Origin: an uncultured Candidatus Saccharibacteria bacterium
GTDB lineage: Bacteria; Patescibacteriota; Minisyncoccia; Phycocordibacterales; EsbW-18
Assembly: GCA_964478705.1 (NCBI GenBank)
Contig: CAYZIR010000002.1
Location: forward strand, 23,760 to 87,759
Reading direction: 5' to 3'
DNA length: 64,000 nt
This document shows, one piece after another, positions 1 through 9,609 of the stretch. Under the pieces are notes generated by a model. The model was not told the DNA's origin, did no database searches, and worked only from the letters and a program-made list of their open reading frames with translations. Position 1 is the stretch's first letter; the number at the start of each line of letters is the position of its first letter. Both the position numbers and the translations under genes were made by a program.

Positions 1-33
1 GCACTTACACACATACCAGGGATTCCAATTCCG

Positions 34-444
34 GTGAAAGCGATTTCGGATCTCGTCGTGATTTCAAGTATTGATAAACATGCGGTTGATATCGTTGATC
101 ATAAATTTGTTGATTCGTATGGCAGTGTTGAAATTGATAACCCATTGTTTATGGTCCAAGCACTTTTCAATTACTACACGGTGCTTTCCGAGTTTAAACG
201 GCCGGTACGTCGGTTTATCGTGTATGAGTGCAGAAAGCGAAAAAATAAAAATGGAAAACCACAGCTCAAGCGCCACGTGATAGACTTCAGAAAACACGAA
301 GAAGAGTTCGTCCTCTTTCATCGTTTGGTGAAGGATGCGACCAAAGACCTTCTGTCACGAAAAATATTCTTACCAAATCCATCGGATATGTTTGAGGGGA
401 AAAACTCACTTCAAGTGTATCGATGGGGACTCGAAAAAGAGTAG
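34..444 (+). CDS. hypothetical protein
   Basis: 136-aa ORF with no recognisable motif; followed by a hairpin terminator. Confidence 0.35.
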   Translation: MKAISDLVVISSIDKHAVDIVDHKFVDSYGSVEIDNPLFMVQALFNYYTVLSEFKRPVRRFIVYECRKRKNKNGKPQLKRHVIDFRKHEEEFVLFHRLVKDATKDLLSRKIFLPNPSDMFEGKNSLQVYRWGLEKE

Positions 445-487
445 GATCGCGAATATTTGCGAATAGAGACGCGGATGCACGCAAATA

Positions 488-516
488 AAAACACCCCATA
501 GTATGGGGTGTTTTTA
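488..516. terminator. bidirectional rho-independent terminator
   Basis: CACCCCAT-agt-ATGGGGTG hairpin with an A-run on its left and TTTTT on its right. Confidence 0.6.
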
Positions 517-534
517 TGATCATCCGAAGTGTAT

Positions 535-1224
535 TTACTGTGCCGAGCCGTCGTCAGCCAAGATGGTGTCGATAACCTGCTTTACCACATCGTATGGTTG
601 TGCACCGTTTAATGGGAAGGTTTCGCCATCAGCGGTGAGAACAATGCTGTACGGCGTTCCGCGACCTCCTGCTGCAAGAGCGGCATCTCCATCAGCCTTC
701 ACGCGTGCTGCGAATGTTTTTGCTGCGATACAGCTCTCGAGTGCTGTCCTGTTAACGCCAAGCGTTGCTCCAATTGTGCCAAGGTCAGCACCAGTTTCTG
801 TTCCAGAAAAGAGTGTACCGAGGTATTTCCAGTATGTGTCGTTCCCTGCGAGAGACGCAACACACTCTGCGCTTTCTGCTTTCAGACGTGCTTCAGGGTG
901 GAGCGAGTCGAGAGGGAAGTTGCGATACACCCACGAAACGGTCCCATCTTTACCATAGGTTTCCATGATGCGCTCCATTGTTGCGTGAAAGTCCTTACAG
1001 AACGGGCAGTCGATATCAGAATATTCAATAATCGTGATTGGTGCGTTTGGACTTCCAAACACATGATCACTTGCTGATACTGGTGCAACTTCGATTTCGT
1101 CTGGTGTCCCATCATTATTTGCGTCTGGAGTTGTGTCCTTTGACTTAAAGAACACCGCACCGGCAACAAGCGCTCCTGCGACCAAGATCGCAATCGGTAT
1201 AAGCAATTTGTTCTCTTTTTCCAT
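535..1224 (-). CDS. DsbA-like thiol:disulfide oxidoreductase, membrane anchored
   Basis: N-terminal TM helix; thioredoxin CPFC active-site motif (DIDCPFCKDF). Confidence 0.7.
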   Translation of the reverse strand: MEKENKLLIPIAILVAGALVAGAVFFKSKDTTPDANNDGTPDEIEVAPVSASDHVFGSPNAPITIIEYSDIDCPFCKDFHATMERIMETYGKDGTVSWVYRNFPLDSLHPEARLKAESAECVASLAGNDTYWKYLGTLFSGTETGADLGTIGATLGVNRTALESCIAAKTFAARVKADGDAALAAGGRGTPYSIVLTADGETFPLNGAQPYDVVKQVIDTILADDGSAQ

Positions 1225-1285
1225 AGCTATGAAGATTTACAAGGTTACGTAATGACTGATAGATGCTATCATTGACGATTATATC

Positions 1286-2086
1286 ATGGAGATTCTAGAC
1301 GCAATCATTCTTGGCATTGTGCAAGGAGTAACCGAGTTTCTACCGGTTTCGTCAACAGGGCACCTGATTATTGCCCACCGGTTGCTCGGAGCGCATTCAT
1401 CGAGCGAACTGTTTTTTGACGCAACGCTCCACTTGGCGACGCTGGCTGCGGTTCTCGTATATTTTCGAAACGATATCGCTTCTCTTATCGGCGCGGTGTG
1501 GTCTTTTTTGCGCGGTAGAGGCATTCCTCACGACCAAAAAGGTCTCATGTATGGATTAGTGCTCGGCACGATTCCAGCCGTGGTCATCGGTCTTTTGTTC
1601 GAAGATATGATTGCAGGAGCATTTCGAGGTACAACGGTTGTTGCGTGGGGACTCATCATTGGCTCAATTCTCATGTATATCGCTGAGCGAAAATTCACTG
1701 GCACTGGGCGCGACATGACAGGTCGCCTCGGTTGGCGTTTAGGATGGTTCCAGGCACTCGCCCTCTTTCCTGGCATTTCTCGCTCGGGCGCAACAATATC
1801 GGGAGGATTGTTTGCTGGGCTCACGCGTCCACAAGCAACGCGATTTGCATTCCTTCTCTCATTCCCGATTTTGCTCGGTGGAGGCATCACATCGATGCTT
1901 AAGATTATCGATATGCCCTTTTCAGGTATCGAAGTGCCAGCACTTATCGCAGCGGCACTCGCGGCATCACTCTCAGGTCTTGCAGCAATCCATTTTTTGA
2001 TTCGGTTCGTCAGCACGCGGACATTCAAGTCATTCATTTGGTATCGACTGATTCTCGCAGTGTTCCTACTCCTCTTTCCGTTTTAG
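1286..2086 (+). CDS. uppP: undecaprenyl-diphosphatase
   Basis: N-terminus LPVSSTGHLII and multi-TM topology typical of BacA/UppP; TGCTATCAT -10-like element 13 nt upstream. Confidence 0.85.
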   Translation: MEILDAIILGIVQGVTEFLPVSSTGHLIIAHRLLGAHSSSELFFDATLHLATLAAVLVYFRNDIASLIGAVWSFLRGRGIPHDQKGLMYGLVLGTIPAVVIGLLFEDMIAGAFRGTTVVAWGLIIGSILMYIAERKFTGTGRDMTGRLGWRLGWFQALALFPGISRSGATISGGLFAGLTRPQATRFAFLLSFPILLGGGITSMLKIIDMPFSGIEVPALIAAALAASLSGLAAIHFLIRFVSTRTFKSFIWYRLILAVFLLLFPF

Positions 2087-2128
2087 AGTTTGAGAGGATT
2101 CTTGTGTCTAAAAATTGAGTTCTGTTTT

Positions 2129-2704
2129 TTAAAACCCCAATGAGTAGGTGAGAGCGCTGTCGTTTTTCTCGTCCCATCCGGTGGTATCAATAATGAGCGA
2201 CTTCGTCTCTTGACCGTCACGATACATAATCTTTTTGTTTTTAAGAATATATTCGTAGAGTTCTTTGGTGACCTTCACATCTTGAATACAGTAGTCTTTA
2301 ATCTCTTGAATCTTTCCCTCTTTCCACCAGCGATACGCCTGCAGACCGTCGGCACTTTTACCGGTCTTCAGCGTTGATTCAGCTACATTTTTTAGTGAAA
2401 GTCTGCGTCCGAGTGCGTTTTTAATCGAGACCATCATATCGATTGATTTGATGGTGTAGAGCGACCCAGGATAGTACTTATCGAGAAGGGGAATATCAAA
2501 ATGATCAGAGTTGAATCCGATGAGTACATCCGCACGTTCAAACAGTGGCCACATATCTTTGAATTCTTCTTGGAGATATGAGCTGTAGGAATCAGTTTCT
2601 GAGTCATAAACCCCGACCACAGAAATATCAAGAAGTGCCGGGTCATTTTTCCCGACATCGTCAAAAATATTTCGCGTTTCAATATCGAACACAATTTTTC
2701 GCAT
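2129..2704 (-). CDS. DEDDy-type 3'-5' exonuclease (RNase H-like fold)
   Basis: Exo motifs FDIET, NSDHFD and YCIQDV. Confidence 0.5.
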   Translation of the reverse strand: MRKIVFDIETRNIFDDVGKNDPALLDISVVGVYDSETDSYSSYLQEEFKDMWPLFERADVLIGFNSDHFDIPLLDKYYPGSLYTIKSIDMMVSIKNALGRRLSLKNVAESTLKTGKSADGLQAYRWWKEGKIQEIKDYCIQDVKVTKELYEYILKNKKIMYRDGQETKSLIIDTTGWDEKNDSALTYSLGF

Positions 2705-2706
2705 AC

Positions 2707-4005
2707 TTATCGTTTGGTGACGTGTCCTGCAATATCCTGTATCGCGAGGGTGGCTTCGGTGCCTGACGTAAGTTCTTTCACAGGAATTGTCCCGCGAGAG
2801 AGTTCTTCTTCACCGACCACTGCAATAAACGGGATACCAATCTTTTCTGCATATTTAATCTGATCACCAAGTTTTTTATCACCAAAATAGACCACAGTAC
2901 GTGCCCCATTTTTTCGAATGGTTTCAGCAATCTCGTGCACAGCGACACGGTCTTCTTCACGAAGGACGCAGAGCATCACATCCGCAGGATTTTTTCGTTG
3001 AGGAAGGAGGTTACGTATTTCAAGAAAATCGCGAATGGTGACATCTCCCATGCCGAACCCGACCGCAGGAAGGCTTTCATCAGAAAAGAGCTCGAGGAGG
3101 CGGTCGTATCGTCCGCCACCAAAGAGTGCGCGGTTGTTTTGTGGATCGGTATCAAAGAGCTCAAATACGATACCCGTGTAGTAATCGAACCCGCGCATCA
3201 GGGTTGGGTCGAATTGCACGTTCGTAACGCCAACCATAGCGAGCCCGGCAATGACCTTTTCCAGATCATCAATCCATTTTGTGTCACTCACGCAGTGTGG
3301 CATGTGTTCGCGGAGCTCACTGACACTTTTTGCTTTGAAAATTGAAAGAAGCATGTCGGCACCGACGCCAAGAATCTTCACGAGCGCTTCTTCAAACTCG
3401 CTCTCACTCATTTTTGCTTTTCGATCAATCAAGCCCGCGACAGCACGGCGCTCCTCTTCGGTGATTGCAAAACAATCGGTAAAGAGCGTGTGATACATCG
3501 CACGGTGATTGATTTTCACCACAAAATCTTTACTCGTTGCTCCAAATGCTTCAAGGACGCGCGATGCGATGGTAATTGTTTCAATTTCTCCCGCAATGCC
3601 AGGAACGCCAAATATATCGACATTAAGTTGCCAGTGCTCTCGCAAGCGTCCACGCTGGGGTCGCTCATAGCGAAATACGTTGGGAATCGAGAACCATCGG
3701 GCAGGGAAGGCAATCTCACGACGGCGTCCAGCAATCATACGCGCAACCGTTGGTGTCATTTCAGGACGGAGCGTTACCTTACGGTCACCACGGTCGGTGA
3801 AGGTATATGTTTGCTCGTTGACGTGCTCTTCGTTTGTTTTTGCTGAATAGAGTTCAGCTGGTTCGAGGAGTGACGCGTTATATTCTTCATAGCCGTAGCG
3901 GGCAAGCACAGAGCGCCACGTATCAAAAATGTAGTTCTGGATCGCCTGATCTTCCGGATAAAAATCACGGACGCCTTTATAGGATTCGGTAGAAAGTTTG
4001 GTCAT
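2707..4005 (-). CDS. hisS: histidyl-tRNA synthetase
   Basis: MTKLSTESYKGVRDFYP start and class II HisRS motifs; start trimmed to ATG 4005, which has GGAGG upstream. Confidence 0.9.
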   Translation of the reverse strand: MTKLSTESYKGVRDFYPEDQAIQNYIFDTWRSVLARYGYEEYNASLLEPAELYSAKTNEEHVNEQTYTFTDRGDRKVTLRPEMTPTVARMIAGRRREIAFPARWFSIPNVFRYERPQRGRLREHWQLNVDIFGVPGIAGEIETITIASRVLEAFGATSKDFVVKINHRAMYHTLFTDCFAITEEERRAVAGLIDRKAKMSESEFEEALVKILGVGADMLLSIFKAKSVSELREHMPHCVSDTKWIDDLEKVIAGLAMVGVTNVQFDPTLMRGFDYYTGIVFELFDTDPQNNRALFGGGRYDRLLELFSDESLPAVGFGMGDVTIRDFLEIRNLLPQRKNPADVMLCVLREEDRVAVHEIAETIRKNGARTVVYFGDKKLGDQIKYAEKIGIPFIAVVGEEELSRGTIPVKELTSGTEATLAIQDIAGHVTKR

Positions 4006-4388
4006 GTGCCTCCAAGTGTACGTAAATTTTTCAAAATAGAAAAGGCCTGCCGACGATGGCAGACCTGGGGCGTCATTGACCGTGTGGTCAAGAGAAAGAA
4101 CTGCAGTACGTGAGCCAAATCGAGATGGGCGTGTAGACCACCTCATCGGCTTCTTTTGGAAAATTCATGGAACAATCGCGCGGCTCTCTTTGAAACCATG
4201 ACACCGCGCTTTGACCACACTCCTTGTCCTGTGGCGGATCCCTATACTTCGACGGGGCAATCCGTTGAGAACCCTGTTCAGATATCCGACCAACCCCTCG
4301 GCGACTACTCCCTCAGGAGCACTAAAGAGGCTCGGATCTGACTCACGTACTGAAAAGAGTATAACGAAAGATTGGGATTGCGTCAACT

Positions 4389-6308
4389 CTACAAAATACT
4401 CTCTGGAAAAACATCAACAACGTACGACGGAGGAAGTGTACGAAGTGTCTCAACAACTCTCCGATCTGGCCATGATGTACTTGGCACACTGATGAGTGCG
4501 TGCGCGATAAACATTCCTTTTACTTTTGATATGAATGCGGGGTAAATCGTGATGGTGTAATCGGGAAGGAGGGTTTTGAGTATAGTGAGGTCAGTACGTA
4601 CAGTATCTTTGTCTCCTTTTCGAGTAATTTTGATGCATACGAAATATGGTGGATATCGAAAATCCTTTAATCGTTCTCCTTCGCCACGAACAAACGATAG
4701 TCCATCACCGCGTAGAGCATACATAAGAACCGGAAGCTCGGGCGAGCGTGTCTGTACCACTACGTGTTCACTGCTTGCTTCACGGAGCGACGTAATCAAT
4801 GAAAATGCACGCTCATGCATCCGTATATCGGGTAGTGATGTAAGCGTGTCGAGCGATGCGATAACTGATGTGCCAATGTGTGCACCGATGATGTAGGGCA
4901 AGGAGCGAGCGGTGCCAACAAGTATTCCGTTACCAGATGATTGCCACGCGGTTGCAACCTTCTCCGCTTCGGCGTGAGTTTTGATACTGTCACTCGATAT
5001 TGAAAAGAAGGGTAACGAAGGGAATTCACGCTTCACTGATGCTTCAACGGTTTCAGCACCTGCTCCGTACATGGCGAGGCGCCATCCTCCACAGACGGTG
5101 CAGAGTGTATCCGCATCTTTGGTACGTCCACATCGATGGCAGGCGAATAATCTTCCTGCACGTTCATCGTTTGTTCGTGTTGGCGATTGTCGGTGAAGTA
5201 CCATTGGTGCGTCGCACCGATCGCAGACAAGAATAGTTCCACAATCTCTACAAATGGTGAACGGGGCAAGACCTCGACGTGTTGCATAAATAAATGACAG
5301 AGAATTGGTATCAGCGCTTGTTTGTATTGCTCCGCGAGCAACTTCAGATATCACTGTAGGAGTAGCGTTTGTATCGTTTTCCGGGCGCATATCAACAATG
5401 GATACCGGCGCTCCTTCTTGGTGCATGCGAAGACGCATTGATTCATCGTAGGTGTGGTCGATTGTGTTAAGTATCGTACCTATACGAAGAAATGAGTCAG
5501 CGAATATGAGGGTTTTCCCGTATGTGCGCGCAAGAGTCTCGAAAGCCACACGAACGTCAAGAAATGGACGTGTAGCAATTTTATATGCAGGCGACGATTC
5601 GTGTTCAATGATGTATGAACGAATATCATCGCGCACCAATGAAAAACATACTGGTGTACCGACGAGTACTATAGATTCTTTTGACACAAGTGCTTTCGAC
5701 CACGTATCGCGGAACCGTTTTTTGGTGAGCGTACTCGTAATCAAAAAGCTCCGCTCTTCAATACCTCGCGATAATTGTTCGAACAGCACCTCAGCTTCTT
5801 TGATCGTAGGGGTAATAACAACGGTCGACTCGTTATTTGCTAAACCTTCCCGAATCATTACGCGGTATGATGCGTAGCGATCAGCGCGGGGCATTTGTAG
5901 TGTTTGTGGCGGATAGCGCGGGTTGTCATCTTTTTTTGTACCCAGTTTCTTTTTCTCTGCAGTGAACATGTCAGGCGATTCAAACATTGCCGAAGGCAAT
6001 AAATGTTCAAGAACTGCACCAAGAGGGGCTGCATGCATGTCAGCAATTGCTACCAGTGCCTGCATCATTCGCTCATCAAGCGAAGCATGCTTCACGACAC
6101 TGTCAATTTTTTTTGTCGCGAATGAAGCTTTGCGTAGCTCCGTTTTCAATGTCGACGCGTCTTTACTTTCGATAACCAACGCTATTGTCTTTCGAGAACG
6201 AATAGTGATTCGTACAAACGAGCCGACGGCAACAGCTTCTTTTGCGTAGTAGGAGAGAGCCTGTGGCGCAATCCCACGAAGGATTGGTACGACAGAAAGA
6301 ATGCGCAT
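4389..6308 (-). CDS. priA: primosomal protein N' (PriA helicase)
   Basis: N-terminal 3'-binding domain, helicase core and Cys-rich Zn-finger block (CRDCG...CDRC...CHRCG...CTVCG). Confidence 0.8.
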   Translation of the reverse strand: MRILSVVPILRGIAPQALSYYAKEAVAVGSFVRITIRSRKTIALVIESKDASTLKTELRKASFATKKIDSVVKHASLDERMMQALVAIADMHAAPLGAVLEHLLPSAMFESPDMFTAEKKKLGTKKDDNPRYPPQTLQMPRADRYASYRVMIREGLANNESTVVITPTIKEAEVLFEQLSRGIEERSFLITSTLTKKRFRDTWSKALVSKESIVLVGTPVCFSLVRDDIRSYIIEHESSPAYKIATRPFLDVRVAFETLARTYGKTLIFADSFLRIGTILNTIDHTYDESMRLRMHQEGAPVSIVDMRPENDTNATPTVISEVARGAIQTSADTNSLSFIYATRRGLAPFTICRDCGTILVCDRCDAPMVLHRQSPTRTNDERAGRLFACHRCGRTKDADTLCTVCGGWRLAMYGAGAETVEASVKREFPSLPFFSISSDSIKTHAEAEKVATAWQSSGNGILVGTARSLPYIIGAHIGTSVIASLDTLTSLPDIRMHERAFSLITSLREASSEHVVVQTRSPELPVLMYALRGDGLSFVRGEGERLKDFRYPPYFVCIKITRKGDKDTVRTDLTILKTLLPDYTITIYPAFISKVKGMFIAHALISVPSTSWPDRRVVETLRTLPPSYVVDVFPESIL

Positions 6309-6403
6309 AGTGAGGGTATGGTATCACGGCGGTATATCATAAAAGATGGGTATTTGAATAAAATCTTTGATAAGAATCAAAAAGAGCGTTACGATGGGAA
6401 CGC

Positions 6404-7417
6404 ATGAAATTCTTTGGAAAGAAACTCGGTATTGACCTTGGCACTGCAAACGTGCTCGTATTCGTGCCTGGCCGAGGCATTGTCCTCAATGAACCTTCGG
6501 TTGTCGCGGTGTCTGAATCAGACAATCGCATTCTCGCTATCGGGCTCGAAGCAAAACGGATGGTAGGGAAGACTCCCGAAGACATTATTGCCTACCGTCC
6601 TATGAAAGATGGCGTTATTGCGGATTACCGCGTCACGGAAGCAATGCTTCGTTATTTCATTGACAAGGCTCTCGGTAAGTGGAGCATCATCAAGCCTGAC
6701 GTTCTCATTTCTGTTCCTGCCGGCGTCACGTCGACAGAGCGACGCGCAGTGGTTGAAGCGGCAATCAAGGCTGGTGCAAAACAAGCATTCGTTATTAAAG
6801 AGCCGATTCTCGCAGCAATCGGTGCCGGTATTCCAATTCACGATCCGGAGGGTCATATGATTGTCGATATTGGTGGTGGAACAACGGATGTCGCTGTAAT
6901 CTCGCTCGGCGGTATTGTCACGTGCACATCAGTGAAGGTTGCAGGTAATAAAATTGATCAAGCAATCGTTGACTACGTGAAGAAGAATTATAATCTTGCG
7001 ATTGGTGAAAAAACTGCCGAGGAAATTAAAATCAAAATAGGTTCAGCGGTTCCTGTTGAAGAAGAGTTGTCATTAATTATCAAAGGGCGTGATGTTGTCA
7101 CGGGGCTTCCGCGTGAGATGGAAATGAAAACCAATGAGGTTGTGAAAGCGGTTCGTCGTGAACTGCGCGAGATGATTCGTGCTATCAAAGATGTCTTTCA
7201 AGAAACTCCGCCAGAACTTGCTGCCGATATCATCAGTAAGGGTATGACGATGACGGGAGGAACGTCACAGCTTCGCAATCTTCCCGAGCTGATGTTTCGC
7301 GCAACCGGCGTGAAGGCACGACTCGCTGACGAAGCGCTCTTTTGTGTAGCAAAGGGAACCGGTATTGCACTTGAGCATCTCGATACCTATAAGAAATCGA
7401 TCATCGCGAAACGTTAA
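6404..7417 (+). CDS. mreB: rod-shape determining protein MreB
   Basis: GIDLGTANVLVF actin-fold phosphate-1 motif; full length. Confidence 0.9.
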   Translation: MKFFGKKLGIDLGTANVLVFVPGRGIVLNEPSVVAVSESDNRILAIGLEAKRMVGKTPEDIIAYRPMKDGVIADYRVTEAMLRYFIDKALGKWSIIKPDVLISVPAGVTSTERRAVVEAAIKAGAKQAFVIKEPILAAIGAGIPIHDPEGHMIVDIGGGTTDVAVISLGGIVTCTSVKVAGNKIDQAIVDYVKKNYNLAIGEKTAEEIKIKIGSAVPVEEELSLIIKGRDVVTGLPREMEMKTNEVVKAVRRELREMIRAIKDVFQETPPELAADIISKGMTMTGGTSQLRNLPELMFRATGVKARLADEALFCVAKGTGIALEHLDTYKKSIIAKR

Positions 7418-7425
7418 TCACAAAG

Positions 7426-7503
7426 CATGTAACACGTATCATGTAGCATGAGACGTAGAGAAGGTAACGTTTTTGCTTTATGTTACATGATACGTGTTAC
7501 ATG
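7426..7503. repeat. 24-bp inverted repeat (22/24 match) with a 30-nt spacer, between mreB and holB
   Basis: catgtaacacgtatcatgtagcat ... atgttacatgatacgtgttacatg; the right arm overlaps the holB ORF start. Confidence 0.6.
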
Positions 7504-8174
7504 ATCTCCACCCTATGATTCTCAATCATCACGCATTCTTACTTCCAGGGCTTGGATCGCATGACGTATCGCGCATTCAAGATATTTTTAAAAAGAGCGT
7601 TGTATCTCTCACCGGGCGCATCGTAACCGTGACATCAACGATGCTTTCTGTTGACGAAGCGCGTCTCATCATTGATGAAAGTCTCATTAAACAGGATGCA
7701 GAGACACATTCTTATTTCATTATCGCAATCGACGGTGCAACTCGTGAAGCGCAGAACGCGCTTCTCAAAATTCTTGAGGAACCGCGAGACGGGGTATTCT
7801 TTTTCCTCGCCACTCCACGACCTGAGCGATTGCTACCGACATTTCGTTCTCGTCTCTACATGGATAGTGCGTTGCTTTCACTACTTGGGAAATTAGCAAC
7901 ACCTAGTGATGAGTTTCTTCAAGCGCCTTACAAAAAACGACTTGCCATTATTGCTCCTCTTATTGAAGAGGGTAATAAAGCGGGTGCATTCGAACTCATC
8001 ACGAATGCTTTGTACTCATTACACATTACACATCATACTTCTCCCACTGTTCTGTCTTCTCTCGATAGACTTCGCGACTATATAACGGACACTTCGTCGT
8101 CTTTGAAACAAATACTTGAATACAGCGCTCTTATGATTCCCCAGGTAGAACCCCACCACACAAGAAATTCATAG
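7494..8174 (+). CDS. holB: DNA polymerase III delta' subunit, minimal form
   Basis: AAA+ clamp-loader sensor motifs (NALLKILEEP, TFRSRL); only 226 aa. Confidence 0.65.
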   Translation: MLHDLHPMILNHHAFLLPGLGSHDVSRIQDIFKKSVVSLTGRIVTVTSTMLSVDEARLIIDESLIKQDAETHSYFIIAIDGATREAQNALLKILEEPRDGVFFFLATPRPERLLPTFRSRLYMDSALLSLLGKLATPSDEFLQAPYKKRLAIIAPLIEEGNKAGAFELITNALYSLHITHHTSPTVLSSLDRLRDYITDTSSSLKQILEYSALMIPQVEPHHTRNS

Positions 8175-8227
8175 AGAAGAAAGTGGTATACTGAGAGATA
8201 CGATTATCAGCGCTTACTATCACTTTC

Positions 8228-8740
8228 ATGGAACCAAACATTCAAACAAGTCAGTCTCGAACATTAATTACTATTATTGCTATCGCTCTTATTGTTGTTG
8301 CCGGTGGAGTTATTTGGTTTATGTTTGCTGATCGCGATGACAACTTTGATTTTGAAGGATCAACAACTACTCGACCAAATACCACAGATAGTCGTCCTGT
8401 TGTTGGGCAAAGCCAAAACATCATTGTGTACGCACCGCGTATGAATGAGCGCATCGGAACACCCGTTGTTGTTGAAGGTGAAGCGCGTGTGTTTGAGAAT
8501 GTCGTGAACTACCGACTTGTTGATGCAAACGGCAAAGAGCTCGCAGAAGGTTTTACAAGTGCGGACGCTCCTGACATCGGTCAATTCGGCGCATTTCGTG
8601 GTGAATTAAATTATGCATCGAATGTCGACCAAAAAGGAACGGTTGAGATCTTCTGGTATTCAGCAAAAGATGGTTCAGAGGTCGACAAAGTCACTATCCC
8701 TGTGACCATCACCAAGACTCCGGAATTCATCAAAGGCTAA
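8228..8740 (+). CDS. secreted/membrane-anchored Gmad2-like Ig-domain protein
   Basis: N-terminal TM helix; C-terminal region resembles GerM/Gmad2 Ig-like domains. Confidence 0.4.
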   Translation: MEPNIQTSQSRTLITIIAIALIVVAGGVIWFMFADRDDNFDFEGSTTTRPNTTDSRPVVGQSQNIIVYAPRMNERIGTPVVVEGEARVFENVVNYRLVDANGKELAEGFTSADAPDIGQFGAFRGELNYASNVDQKGTVEIFWYSAKDGSEVDKVTIPVTITKTPEFIKG

Positions 8741-8793
8741 CAAGACGCGGACTCAGGCCTCTTAGTTGATACGGCCGGCTCGCCGGCGGTAGT

Positions 8794-8830
8794 TCCGGAC
8801 TCTCCATGTGTGGGGAGTCCGGTTTTTCTT
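8794..8830 (+). terminator. rho-independent terminator
   Basis: CCGGACTCTCC-atgtgt-GGGGAGTCCGG followed by TTTTTCTTTT. Confidence 0.65.
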
Positions 8831-8846
8831 TTGCTACACTGTTCTT

Positions 8847-9515
8847 ATGACGCCTGCAAAACTTGTTGAACGGAAGAAACGTTTTCAAAAACTGAATACG
8901 GTCTTGAAGAAACTCTATCCTGAAGCAAAAATTGCACTCAATTTCAAAAATAACTGGGAACTGTTGGTCGCGGTTGAACTGTCTGCACAGTGCACTGATA
9001 AAAAAGTGAATGAAGTCACAGCAACGCTTTTTGAAAAATATAAAACACTCGACGATTATGTGAATGCAACCTTTGAAGAATTTTCGCAAGATATTCGCCA
9101 AACCGGATTTTTTAATAACAAAGCAAAGAACATTCTCGCAGCTGCAAAGATAGTGAAAGAAGAATTTGACGGGAAGATTCCAAAAACGATGCAAGAAATC
9201 CTGACAATCCCCGGTGTCGCTCGAAAAACTGCTAACGTTGTGCTTGGAAATGCGTACGGTGTTGTTGAAGGTATCGCGGTCGATACGCACATCAAACGTT
9301 TTTCCCAGAAGTTTGATCTCTCTGACTATACAGACCCGGTGAAAATTGAGCGTGACTTAATGGAAGTCATTCCAAAAGATGAATGGTTCGGATGGACCTA
9401 CCGTTTGATTGATTACGGTCGCGCGATATGCAAAGCAAACCCACACGATTGCACTGAACATCCACTCACAAAAATCTATCCAAAAGCTGCTCACATCTGG
9501 CCAAAAGCGAGATAA
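8847..9515 (+). CDS. nth: endonuclease III family DNA glycosylase (HhH-GPD)
   Basis: N-terminus LYPEAKIALNFKNNWELLVAVELSAQCTD; TGCTACACT -10 element 6 nt upstream. Confidence 0.8.
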   Translation: MTPAKLVERKKRFQKLNTVLKKLYPEAKIALNFKNNWELLVAVELSAQCTDKKVNEVTATLFEKYKTLDDYVNATFEEFSQDIRQTGFFNNKAKNILAAAKIVKEEFDGKIPKTMQEILTIPGVARKTANVVLGNAYGVVEGIAVDTHIKRFSQKFDLSDYTDPVKIERDLMEVIPKDEWFGWTYRLIDYGRAICKANPHDCTEHPLTKIYPKAAHIWPKAR

Positions 9516-9609
9516 ACCGATCTGAAAATCTTGGTTCCCGAGGCGAAGCAGGACGACTGTAGCCAGGGAGGGGTTTTCAGATTGGTTTAAATAAGTACAC
9601 TAAGGCGAT

